64,000 nt of DNA from Heptranchias perlo (lineage: Eukaryota). A program made the translations under genes and the position numbers. Shown here piece after piece: positions 25,981 through 38,100 of this stretch (its first letter is position 1; every line of letters begins with the position of its first letter). The notes under the pieces are model-generated. The model was given only the letters and a program-made list of their open reading frames with translations. It ran no database searches and was not told the origin of the DNA. Location of the stretch: NCBI RefSeq assembly GCF_035084215.1, contig NC_090340.1, forward strand, positions 5,146,001 to 5,210,000, read 5' to 3'.

Positions 25981-28108
25981 GATCCTGAGATTTTTATCCT
26001 CTCGAATTTATTAATTTATTAATTAATTAATTTTCTTCCCTTTTTCTATCCTAAACGTCTGTATATTGTTTTTGATCTCTTCTTCTATTGTCATGGCCAC
26101 CATGTTAGTTTTCCTGGCAAATACTTAGGCAAAGAAATTATTTAATATTTCTGCCATTTCTCTGTCATCACCTGTGAGTTTATCATGTGCAGCCTTTAGT
26201 GGCCCTATCCCTATCCTGATTTTACTTTTGCTATTTATGTGCCTGTAGAATACTTTACTATTTCTTTTTAAATTAACTTGGCAATTTAATTTTGTAGTTT
26301 CTATTTGCCTCCCTAATTGTTTTTTATACTTCTTTCCTAACCTTTTCATGTTCCCTTTTGTCATCCTCTCCTTGTTGTCCATGTACTCAATGTATGCCTT
26401 TTTCTTTCGTTTCAATTTTGTCCTTATTTCGTTATTCATCCATGGTGTATCATTACTGGGTAATTTGAGCTTGCTTTTTAGCTGGGTTATATTTTTCCTG
26501 GGCTCCACTGATCACCGTTTTAAATGTTACAATACTGCTGTTCTGCTTCTTTCTTTATCAGTAAATTTTCCAGTTTATTTCCCCTCATTCTATTCTCATC
26601 CGCTGAATATCACCTTTTTTCCAATTTACTACTTTGCTTTTTGTCTGACTTATGTCCTTCTCAATTTTCATCTTAAACCTTATTTTGTTGTGATCGATTT
26701 TGCCTGGATGTACCACTACACTTACTTCTCTTATCTGTTCACGTTCATTGGCCATTAGTCGTTCCAGCAGCGCTTCGTCTATTCTTGTGCTTTTTACATA
26801 CAGGGTAAGAAAAGAGTCCTGCACATATTGTAATAACTTAATTCCCTGTACCCCTTTACCTACCTCTTCTTGGCAATTTGTTTGGTGATAGTTAAAATCT
26901 CCCATTATAATTATTGTTTGTCCTTTACTCGTTTCACATATTTGCTTGCAATTTTTTCCTCCATCTCCTTTTCACTATTACGTGGTCTGTAGTATACCCC
27001 TATTGGCGTGATCGATCCATTATCTTTTGTTTCAATCCATATGGATTCTGTTTCTATCCTTCTATTAGTTATGTCCCCTTTTACTGCTGCTGTTCTGTTA
27101 TCTCTAATTAGTATAGCTACTCTATCCCCTACTTCCTTCCCTATCCTTACTGATTATGTTATAGCCTGCAATATTTAGTTGCCAGTCCTGTCCTTTATAT
27201 AGCCATGCTTCAGTTTTCCCTACTACATCTGGTTCCTCACTACGGATTATTGCCTCCAGTTCCTCCGTTTTATTGTGGCCGCTGTGTACATTGCTGTACA
27301 TGCAGCATAATTCATTTTAAAACATTCTTCATTTTACTGTATTTTTAACAATACTTTTATACTTCTGTTTTATAACTGTATTTTTACCTTGACCGTTTAT
27401 GTCATCGTCATTCTTTACCCTGCTCTGACCTTTACATTCATTTCCTGTTCCTCTTATCTTTAAGCTTTTGTTATTCCTACCAGAACCGCAACGCCCCCCC
27501 ACCCCCCACACCCCGCCATCTCGCTAGTTTAAAGCCTTATTTATCCTTCCCGCTAGGTCTCTGGTCCCATTCCTGTTCAGATGCAGCCCGTCCCAATGGA
27601 ACAGCTCCTTCCTGTCCCAGTACTGGTGCCAGTGTCCCATGAAATGGGACACCTCTTTCCCATACCAGTCTTTCAACGACGCATTCACCATTCTGATCTG
27701 CATATCCCTCTGCCAAATCGCACGTGCTATACCTGAGATTACCACCCGTGAGATCCTGCTTTTTAATTTAGTTCCAGTTCATTTTCAAATAATTCAAGTT
27801 ACTGATACCTGACCGATCACGATGATCTGTGGCCGGTTAGAGCAGAGCTTGGACAATTCTGTCATTGCGATTTCTATAATCTATTTCATCCGAAGCTTCT
27901 TAAACAAGGCAAAGGGGACAGTCAGACAGGAACGCCGCTTTTTAATCCATGCTGGCCGTTAGTTATGAAATGTTAACAAACGGGTACCCGTCACCATTCT
28001 CCTCAGAATAGTTGCAATTATTTTTCCTGTTATTGATGTTAGGCTAATGGACCTGTAGTTAGATATGCAGGCACACAAATAAAACGGGTTCCGCATTGGT
28101 CACAAATA

Positions 28109-28276
28109 TTACTTGGCTTTCCTTTCCGTGTAAATAACGTCTGATCTTTGGTTTTTCATCCGTAGCTGAGCGTACTCCGTGTTCTTATTCTTATGAATAG
28201 GCTTTGCAGTCTTCTTGGAGCCAGTCATATCTAGTGAAGCATAGGTCAGCTTGTTCTCAGGTGCCCTTTGCTTGGT
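28109..28276 (-). CDS. Gene B exon 7, terminal cytoplasmic (TKQRAPENKLTYASLDMTGSKKTAKPIHKNKNTEYAQLRMKNQRSDVIYTERKAK*)
   Basis: atttcacag|ACC. ITIM LTYASL and ITSM-like TEYAQL. TAA at 28109-28111. Confidence 0.85.
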   Translation of the reverse strand, partial: TKQRAPENKLTYASLDMTGSKKTAKPIHKNKNTEYAQLRMKNQRSDVIYTERKAK

Positions 28277-29124
28277 CTGTGAAATCAATGGTTGGACATC
28301 TCATGAGTTCGATAATTTACCTGTATGTAGGTTAGTGTTAATAATTAGAATAGCCGGAACCTCGCAGAATCAGGGTTAAATACAAAAGATTAGCAAAGTT
28401 CTATTAACGCTAGTTCGTGCACTACCCCGCATGCCCGTTAATTACAGGTAACTCGTGTCTCTTTGATCGACTCCTCGGCCGTACCTGGGCATATACTGTC
28501 CTCTCTTGATGCTTTGATCTTGGACCTTTCCAGGAATTAGTCAAATCTACTGCAGCATAAGGCGCCATCACATCTTCTGTTACCTGCATGGAATAAAAGT
28601 CAAAAATATACCTTTTTTTATTGCTATGCGGTTAGGCACTCCCTACGCAGAACGATGCGCGCAGGCCCAAAAATCCCGCGAAATTTCCAGGTCAAGAAAA
28701 TGAAGAAAAGTAAGGGATAAAAGTTCATTCCTGTTGTCCATTTATATGAATAGTCTGGTTGAAATAACCTGCAGCTGGCGAGGTTTATATCCTTGAAGTT
28801 TCACTTTCGTTGCAGCAAAAAGTATCAAAACAATTTAGATACTTTCTAAAATTGAGATGTTTCCATGAGAAGAAATGTGTTTTATAATTATACAATGCAT
28901 GGGATTGAATTAGAACAGGGACATTTAGAAAGGGGGTCTGAGGCTAACTTTCAGCAGACAGTTCACTTTCAACATACAGAAAAGTAAACATCATACAGAA
29001 TTCTGAAATCAATAATACGAACACAGAATACAAGAGGTTATTTTAAGCTATAAAATGAACATCTGGTCCACATTTAGAATCCTACCTTTAGATTTCAATT
29101 AATCTAAAATGTCACACTATCAAC

Positions 29125-29161
<37 letters not shown>

Positions 29162-32100
29162 CTATGTTTATGTCAACTGACATATATATATATATATTTA
29201 CTTATTTATGCATATTTAATATTTCTCTCTATTGCTTTATCCACCTCTCTCTGTCTCTGCATGATAGACTCTGATGACTCAAATGCGGAGATGAAGTAGG
29301 ATCAGCGATACAAATGGACAACAAACGTCGAAGAGATAGCGGGAAAGCATTTTTACTGAAAGAGTCAGATATGTTTGGGATAGCTTTCTTGATGACTTGC
29401 AATTTTCTGGAAAACTTGTCTGGATCGGAAATAACATGCAGTAGACGGCATATCTTGGAAAATAACGAGTTATTGCCCACACATTTCTGTCCATTGATTT
29501 CAATAAATGGGAAATGGCGTACAAATAACCCTCAATTTTCTGATAAGTTTTGCCGAGCTTGCTCGGTCTCTCGGCTGTTGCGGCGAACCAGCAAATTGCG
29601 TCCAAGAGTTGGAGGTAAAGACATTGGGAATGTTCCAATTTCAATTGGATGCTATAATGGGAGAAAGAGGGAACTGAACGGAATGCAAATTTCTCGCCAT
29701 CGGTCTCCGCGTGTTCTGAACATCGCAAAAAATTCGGTTACCACACAGTATGAAAATCAATTTCCGTACTCCGGTCACACGCGGGAAGCGCAAATTGCTA
29801 AACTAGCACTGCTAGCCTGTGACTTTCTGCCGTTTTCTAAAAAAAAACATTCTCGAGATGTGGGCATTGCTGGCAAGGCCAACATTTATTGCCCATCCCT
29901 GGTTGCACAAAGAAGGTGGTGATGGGATTGATAGGACACTGCAGAGGTCAGTTAAGAGTTAACCACACAGGTGTGGGACTGGAATCACATGTAGACTAGG
30001 AACATCGGAATACAGGAACAGGAGTAGGCCATTCAGCCCCTCGCCCCTGCTCCGCCATTTGATAAGATCATGGCTGATCTAGCTCCATATACGTGCCTTT
30101 GGCCCATATCCCTCAATAACTTTGGTTGCCAAAAAGCTAACTGTCTCAAATTTAATTTTAGCAATTGAGCTAGTACCAATTGCCGTTTGCGGAAGAGAGT
30201 TCCAAACTTCTACCACCCTTTGCGTGCAGAAATGTTTTTTAATCTCACTCCTGAAAGGGCTGGCTCGAACTTTTGGACTGTGCCCCCGACTCCTAGAATC
30301 CCCAAGCAGCGGAAATAGTTTCTCTCTATCCACCCTATCCGTTCCCCTTATTATCATATAACCTTCGATCAGATCACCCCTTAACCTTCTAAACTCTAGA
30401 GATACAACCCCAATTTGTGTAATCTCTCCTCGTAACTTAATCCTTGAAGTCCGGGTATCATTCTAGTAAACCTACGCTGCACTCCCTCCAAGGCCAATAT
30501 GTCCTTCCGAAGGTGCGGTGCCCAGAACTGCTCACAGGTGCGGTCTAACCCGGGTTTTTTATAGCTGCAGCATAATTTCTGCCCCCATGTACTCAAGTCC
30601 TCTAGATATAAAGGCCAGCATTCCATTAGCCTTCTTGATTATTTTCTGCACCTGTTCATAACACTTCAATGCTCTATGTACCTGAACATCCACGTCCCTT
30701 TGGACATCCACTGTTTTTAACTTTTTACCATTTAGAAAGTACCTTGTTCTATCCTCTTTTGTTCCAAAGTGGATGACCTCACATTTGTTTACATTGAATT
30801 CCATTTGCCACAGTTTTGCCCATTCACCTAATCTATCAATATCGGTTTGTAATGTTATGTTTTCGTCTACACTGCTTACGTTGCCACCAATCTTTGTGTC
30901 ATCGGCAAACTTAGATATGAGACTTTCTATGCCTTCATCTAAGTCTTTAATAAATATTGTGAACAATTGAGGCCCCAAAACAGATCCCTGCGGGCCTCCA
31001 CTAGTCACATCCTGCCAATGTCAATACTTACCCATTATCCCTACTCTCTGTCGCCTTTCGCTCAGCCAACTTCCTAACCAAGTCCGCACTTTTCCCTCGA
31101 TTCCATGGCCTTCTAACTTAGCTAACAGTCTATTTTGTGGGACCTTATCAAATGCCTTCTGGAAGTCAATATAATTAACATCCATTGGCATTCCCCTGTC
31201 CACTACTTTAGTCATCTCCTCAAAAAATTCAATCAGATTTGTCAGGCACGACCTACCTTTCACAAATCCATGCTGGCCCTCCCTGATTAACTGGAAATTC
31301 TCGAGGTGTTCAGTCACCCTATCCTTAATTACAGACTCCATCAAATTCCCCACAACACTGTTAGGCTTACTGGTCAAAATTACCCGGTTTCCCTCTCTCT
31401 CCTTTCTTAAAAAGCGGAGTGATATGTGCAATTTCCCCATCTAAAGGGACACTTCCTGAATCGAGAGAACTTTGAAAGATTATAGTTAGGGCATCTGTAA
31501 TCTGCTCACATACTTCCTTTAAAACCCTGGGATGGAAACAATCTGGTCCTGGGGATTTGTCACTCTTTAGTGCTATTGTTTCCCTTTTACTGTTGCTTTA
31601 CTTGTGTTAATTTTATTGAGTCCCTGTCCCCGATTCAATATTAGTTTTCTTGGGATTTCCTGCATGCTGTCCACTTTTTTTAAATGTAAATACTGACGGA
31701 AAGTAATTATTCAACATGTCCACCATTTCCCCTTTGTCAATGACAATATCCCCACTTTCAGTTTTTAAGGGGCCAACACTGCTCCTGACCACCCTCTTTT
31801 TCCTAATATAACTATAAACGTTCTTTGTATTAGTTTTGATATCCCTTGCAGGTTTCTTTTCATGCTCTATTTTGTAGCCCTTACTATCTGTTTTGTGATC
31901 CTTTGTTGATCTTTGTATCTTTCCCATTCGCCAGGATCTGTGCTATGTTTTGCCTTTTTGTATACCCTTTCCTTACGTCTTATATTGTCCCTTACCTCTT
32001 TAGTTGTCCATGGCTGTTTTTTTTTTGGCAAGTAGAGTTCTTGCCCCTCAGGGGTATAAACCGGTTCTGTATCACATTAAATGTTTCTTTAAACATTTCC

Positions 32101-35100
32101 CACTGATCATCAGTCGTTTTACCCATTAACAGATTGGCCCAGTTTACTGTGGACAGTTTCTGTCTCATCCCATTGAAGTCGGCCTTACCAAAGTCTAGAA
32201 TCTTAGCAACTGACTCACTTTTTTCCCTTTCAAACATTACATTGAACTCGATCATGTTATGATCGCTATTGGATAGATGTTCACGCACAGTTAAACTTTT
32301 ATCTAAGTCTGGTTCATTACTCATTGCTAAATCTAGTATGGCTTGCCCCCTTGTTGCCTCTAGGACATACTGCTGTAGAAAACTATCCCGGACACACTCA
32401 AGAAATTCAATACCTTTCTGAAAGTCGCTAGTCTGCTTTCCCCAATCTTTGTGAAGGTTAAAGTCCCCCATTAATACCACTATGCCTTTCTTACACGCTT
32501 ATCTAATCTCTGCATTTATACAATCTAGCATTTCAGAGCTGCTGCCAGGAGTCCTATGCACAACTCCCACTATAGTCCTAGATCCTTTCCTATTTCTCAA
32601 TGCAATCCATAAGGTCTCTGTTGGCTGCTTATCTCTCGTTATATCTTCCTTGATCAATGAATTGATTTCATCTCGAATCACTAAGGCTACTCCTCCAACT
32701 CTTCCATTTTCTCTATTTCTCCTGTAGACCTTATAACCCGGTATATTTAGTTCCCAATCCTGACCATCCTGCAGCCATCTCTCAGTACTAGCTATCATGT
32801 CATACCCTCCAATTTGAATTTGAACCTGTAGTTCATTTAATTTATTCCTTATACTCCGTGCATTTGTATATAGAACTCTTGGTATGGCCACACACCCTAG
32901 CCTGACCTTCAACTTTGATGCTGGGATAATCGCCTTACACCTTCTAGATTTCAATTCATCTGTAGTGTCTAACGTACACTTTCTTTCTGCTGCTCTACGC
33001 TTTTCCCTTTCACTTGTTCTTGAACAACTGTTTGTACTATTTTATTGTAAATTTCCCCTGGGTCTTCCATCTCTTGCTGCTCTCAACTTTACTCCCTTTT
33101 GACTCACCGCTAAGGGTCGAGTAAGGACGGCAACTTCCTTCCCTGAAGGACATTAGAGAACTAATGGGATTCAAGACAATCGAAAAGCTTCATGGTCACT
33201 TTTACTGATACCAACTTTTTATTTCCAGATTTTTAGAAACTGAATTCAAATTCTCAAACTGCCCTGGTTGAATTTGAACACACGTTCTGTAGATTTACTC
33301 CAGAGCTAATTAATGGGGATAACATTATGAACTGCGGTTGCAGCATTTTTCAACAAACGTGTCAGTTGTTTCCAGGAGGCAAAAGCAGATCGTTTTTATT
33401 ATTCGCCATAGCTGATGGTAAGTTTTAAGCAGTGTGTTATTTTACAATCCAGAGGTGACTGTTATATATCGGCTGCCACTGACCTACTGATACAGGCATT
33501 AAAAAATCTAGTGTTTCCTTGTGTGTGTGTGTGTGTGTGTGTTGCGTCAGTGCTGATACTCTGCACTTGTTTTGTGACAATCTTTACAGTGTTAGAATAA
33601 AACGGGGCAAATTATTGCATTAAATAGATTACAACTCTCTTATCTAAATATTTATAAAATAAATATATTAGGATGAATTGAGGAAACATACCGACTGTTC
33701 GCGATGGCCTGATCTTTCAGCATCGTTCTGAGGTCCTGGTAATGAATGAAGTTCAAGATTTTACAATGAAGCATTTTAACAACGTCGAAGGACGCTTCCG
33801 GGTAGACTCAATGTAAAGTATAAAATTATCTTGATATCACATTTTACGGAATTGCTTGGATTCTGAACTGTGTTTGACAACAGGGCTGGCATTGTTCAGC
33901 TGACCACGGGACTTTGCGTGCAGCAGGAGGCTGATTGGAAACTCGCTGGATCACTACCCGCAATTCTATGTTCACTGTCCTGAATGGGACAGAAAATCGC
34001 ACGCAATGTAAGGTGATTTTATAATAAAGCTCCCGCTGAATGCCAGCCTCCAGCGACGGTTGTGGGACCTTGGGAAATTTCGTCCCATTTTACCCAACAC
34101 TTTCGAAATCCGAATCTACCGATACACCGGTAGTGCTGAAATTTTATTCAAAACATTAGTTGCTGCAATTAGTATAAATAAAAATCAGACTGGAATGACT
34201 CTCAAGTATCCCTCATATTTTAAACCCAAGGTCTAACTGTTATATTCAACAATCGATCCAGTACCTGTGAGACAATGTAAATGTACTTTCAATCGTTCAG
34301 TTACAATTTACTAACTTTTTCTCTCGATGTATAATGGTATCATAGCAGGTACAGCATAGGAGGAGGCCTTTCGGCCCATCCTGTCTGTGCCGGCTCTTTG
34401 AAAGAGCTATCCAATTACTCCCATTCCCCTGCACCATAACCCTATATACTTTTCTATTCAAGGATTTTTCTAATTCCCTTTTGACAGATATTATTGAATC
34501 TGCTTCCACCACTCTTTCATTGCAGATAATTACAACTCGCCGTGTAAAATAATGTTTCCACATTTCGCCTATTGCTCTTTTGCCATCACCTTAAATCTGT
34601 GTCCTTTGGTAACCGACCCTTCTGCCACTGGAAACAGATTCTCCTTATTAATTCTGTCAAAATTATTCATTATCTTGAACGCATCTATCCAATCTCCTAG
34701 TAATCTTCTCTGTTGTAAGGAGAACAATCCCAGCTTCGCCAGTCCCTCTACATAACTGAAGTCCCTCATCCCTGGAACCATTCTAGTAAATCTCTTCTGC
34801 ACTCTCCCTAAGGCCTGACCTCCTTCCTAAAGTGCGGTGCCCGTAATTGAACACAATTCTCCAGCTGAGGCCGTAAAAGTGTTTTATGCCTTTGTTACCT
34901 CTAGACTTGACAATTCCAATGTTCTACTGGCCGGGCTCCCATCTTTCACCCTCCATAAATTTGAGCTCATCCAAAATTCTGCTGCTCGTATCCTAAGTCG
35001 CAACAAGTTCCGTTCACCCATCGCCCCTACATTGGCTCCCGGTCTGGGAAAGCCTCGACATTAAAATTCTCATCCTTGTTTTCAAATCCCTGCATGGCTT

Positions 35101-38100
35101 CGCCCATCCCTAACTCTGTAACCTCCTCCAGCCCTATAAACCTTTGAGATCACTGTGCTCCTCCAATTCTTGCCGCTTGCGCATCCCAGATTTTAATTGC
35201 TCCACCATTGGCGACCGTGCCTTCAGCTGCCGAGGCCCGAAACTCTGGAATTCCATCCCTAAACCTCTCCGACTGTTATCTTTTCTATCCTCCTTTATGC
35301 CGCTCCTTAAAACCTACCTCTTTGATCAAGCTTTTGGTCACTGTCCTAATATCCGCTTATATGGCTTGGGATCAAATTTTGTTTGATATTCGCGCCGATG
35401 AAGCGCCTTGGGACTGTCCCTTTAATCCTATGGGTTTTAATTTTGCTAACAAGTCTATTATGTAATATTTTATCAAATGCCTTTTGAAAGTTCATATACA
35501 CAACATCAACCGCACTTCACTCATTAACCCCTTCCGTTACTTCATCAAAGAACTCAATCAAGTTAGTTAACACGATTTTCCTTCAACAAATCCGTGTTGA
35601 CTTTCTTTTATTAACCCATACTTTTCCAAGTGCCAATTATTGTCTCGAAAAGCTTCCCCACCACCGACGTTAGGCTGACTAGCCTGTAATTGCCAGCTTT
35701 ATCCATCTCCCTTTTTTGCGCAGTGGTCTCAGATCGGCAAACCTCCAGTCCCCCAGCACCGCCCCATATCTAAGTTTGATTGGAATATTGTGGCCAGAGC
35801 CTCCGCAATGTCCCCACTTACTTCCCTCAGTAACCTAGGATGCATCACATCTGGACCAGATGACTTTCCTAATTCGTGTAGTGCCAATCTTTTAAGTACC
35901 TCCTCTTTATCTGTTCTTATCCTAGACAATATCACTACCACCTCCTCCTCTACTGCTACAATGGCAGCATCGTCTTCTCTCGTGAAGACAGATGTGAAGT
36001 ATTCATTTAGCACCTCAGCTATGCCCTCTGCCTCCACAAGAAGATCTACATTTTTCGCTAATCGGTCCCATCCTTCCTTTGACTGCCCCTTTAGTATTTA
36101 TATGTTGATAAAAGACCCTTGGGTTCCCTTTTATGTTGGCCACTAATCTATTCGCATAATCTCTCTTTGTCCCTCGTATTCCTTTTTTTAGATCTCCTCC
36201 GTACGTTCTGTGTTCAGCCTTGTTCTCTATTGTAGTATGAATGTTACATTCGTCATAAGCCTCATTTTCCTGTTTCATTTTAATTTCTATATCTTTATTC
36301 CTCCAGGGAGTTCAAACTTTGGATGCCCTTCCTTACCCCCTCGTGGGGATGTGTCTATTATGTATCCGAACCAAATCCTCCTTGAATGCCTCCCATTGTT
36401 CAATTACTGTTTTGTCTACCAATTGTTGATTCCAATCCACCTGGGCATGATCCCTTTTTAACTCACTGAAATTTGCCCTCCTCCAGTTAAGCATTTGCAT
36501 ATTTGATTAATCCTTCTCCTTTTCCATCTTCTAAACCTAACGATATTATGATCACTATTCCCCAAATGCTCTCCCACTGAAACATGCTCCACCTGCCTCA
36601 CTTCATTCACCAGAACTTGATTCAGCACTGTTTCCCCTTCCTTTTATTTGGCATGGCACTCGACAGTGTCCGTCCCATTTCCTGCACTTACGCCCTCACT
36701 CGTTCTCCCCCTTTCCCAGAACCATGATAGAGTCCACCGTGTCCTCATCTTCCACCCCACCAGCCTCCACATTCAACGTATCAACCTCCGCCATTTTCGC
36801 CACCTCCATCGCAATGCCACCACCAAACACATCCTCCCCTCCGCTCTGCTTTCAGGAGTCCATAGGGAACGCTCCCTCCGAGACACCCTGGTCCACTCTT
36901 CCATCACCCCCAACATCAGCTTTCCTCCCCATTGCACCTTCCCGTGCGAGTACTGGAGATGCAACACGTGCCCTTTCACCTCGTCCCTACCCACTGTTCA
37001 GGGCCCCAAACATTCTTTCCAGGTGAAACACAGATTTACTTATACTTCATTCAATTTAGATACTGTATTCGCTGCTCCCAATGCGTATCCTCTACACTGG
37101 GGAGACCAAACGCAGTATTATTGATCGCTTTGCTGAACAGCAACGCTCAGTCCGCAAGAGTGACCCTGACCTGCTGGTCGTTTGCCATTTTAATTCCCCC
37201 TCCCATTTCCACTTTGTCCTCTCTGATCGCCATCTCTTATATTGTTCCAATGAAGCTCAATGGAAGCTCGAGGAACAGCACCTCATCCTTCGATTCGGCA
37301 CTTTACAACCTTCCGGACTCAACATTAATTTCAATAACTTCAGATCTTAACCACTGCTCCCATTTTTTTCGGAGACATTTCTCTGTCTCTGTACTTAGTT
37401 AAAAACGGTTTAATCTGTAACTTGTTCCAGTGCTGATGAAGTGCTATCGAACTTAAACGTTAACTCTCTTTCTCCACAAATGCAGCCTGACTTGCTGAGT
37501 ATTTCCAGCGTTTTCTGCTTTTGTTTCAAATGCATTCTGTCTTTGACCCCCGCAACTACATCATCGCTTTCCAGTGCAGTAATAGTTTATTTGATCAATA
37601 CTGCCAAACCCGCCTTTCTTTCTTCCCTACCTTTCCTGAATACCTTGTAGCCAAGAATATCAATACCCAATCCTCCCCTTCTTTGAGCCATTCGTAGTAC
37701 CATTTGGTGACTTCAGTCTGCAGCTCTTCATCCTTATTTGCCATGGTACATGCGTTTACACAAATGCAGTCTAAACTTATCTTAAATTGCCTGGCATTTG
37801 CCCCGTATCGGATCCCTCCTGATTCTGAACTATTCTTTACCCTAGCGCTACTTGTCTCTTCCAATCCTCTGTGGACCTTGTTTCCCGACTCACATGTTTC
37901 GTCTTGGTGCTCATTCCCCTTGAGTTTAAACCCTACCCCACAGCACTAGTTAACATCCCCGCAAGTGCATTGGTCCCAGCTCTGTTGAGGTGCAACACAT
38001 TCATCTCGAACAGATCCCTTCTGCCCCAGAAATCGTCCCAATGCCCCAGGAATCTGAAGGGCTCCCTCCGGCACCATTGCTCCAGCCACTCTTTAACCTG

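Larger units (their letters stand above)
21025..27775 (-). mobile_element. Outer near-full-length CR1 LINE (pieces 21025-22398 and 25981-27775): esterase-type ORF1 end, APE and RT
   Basis: ORFs 27524..27745 (FHWDGLHLN), 26585..26905 (MGDFN), 26125..26508, 21935..22282 and 21109..21435. Confidence 0.88.

Noticed and set aside
29314-29922. 202-aa plus-strand ORF and many other 60-200 aa ORFs in the track
   Set aside because: No recognisable domain. Most are antisense or alternate frames of CR1, L2 or SINE sequence, or of GC-rich palindromic repeats.
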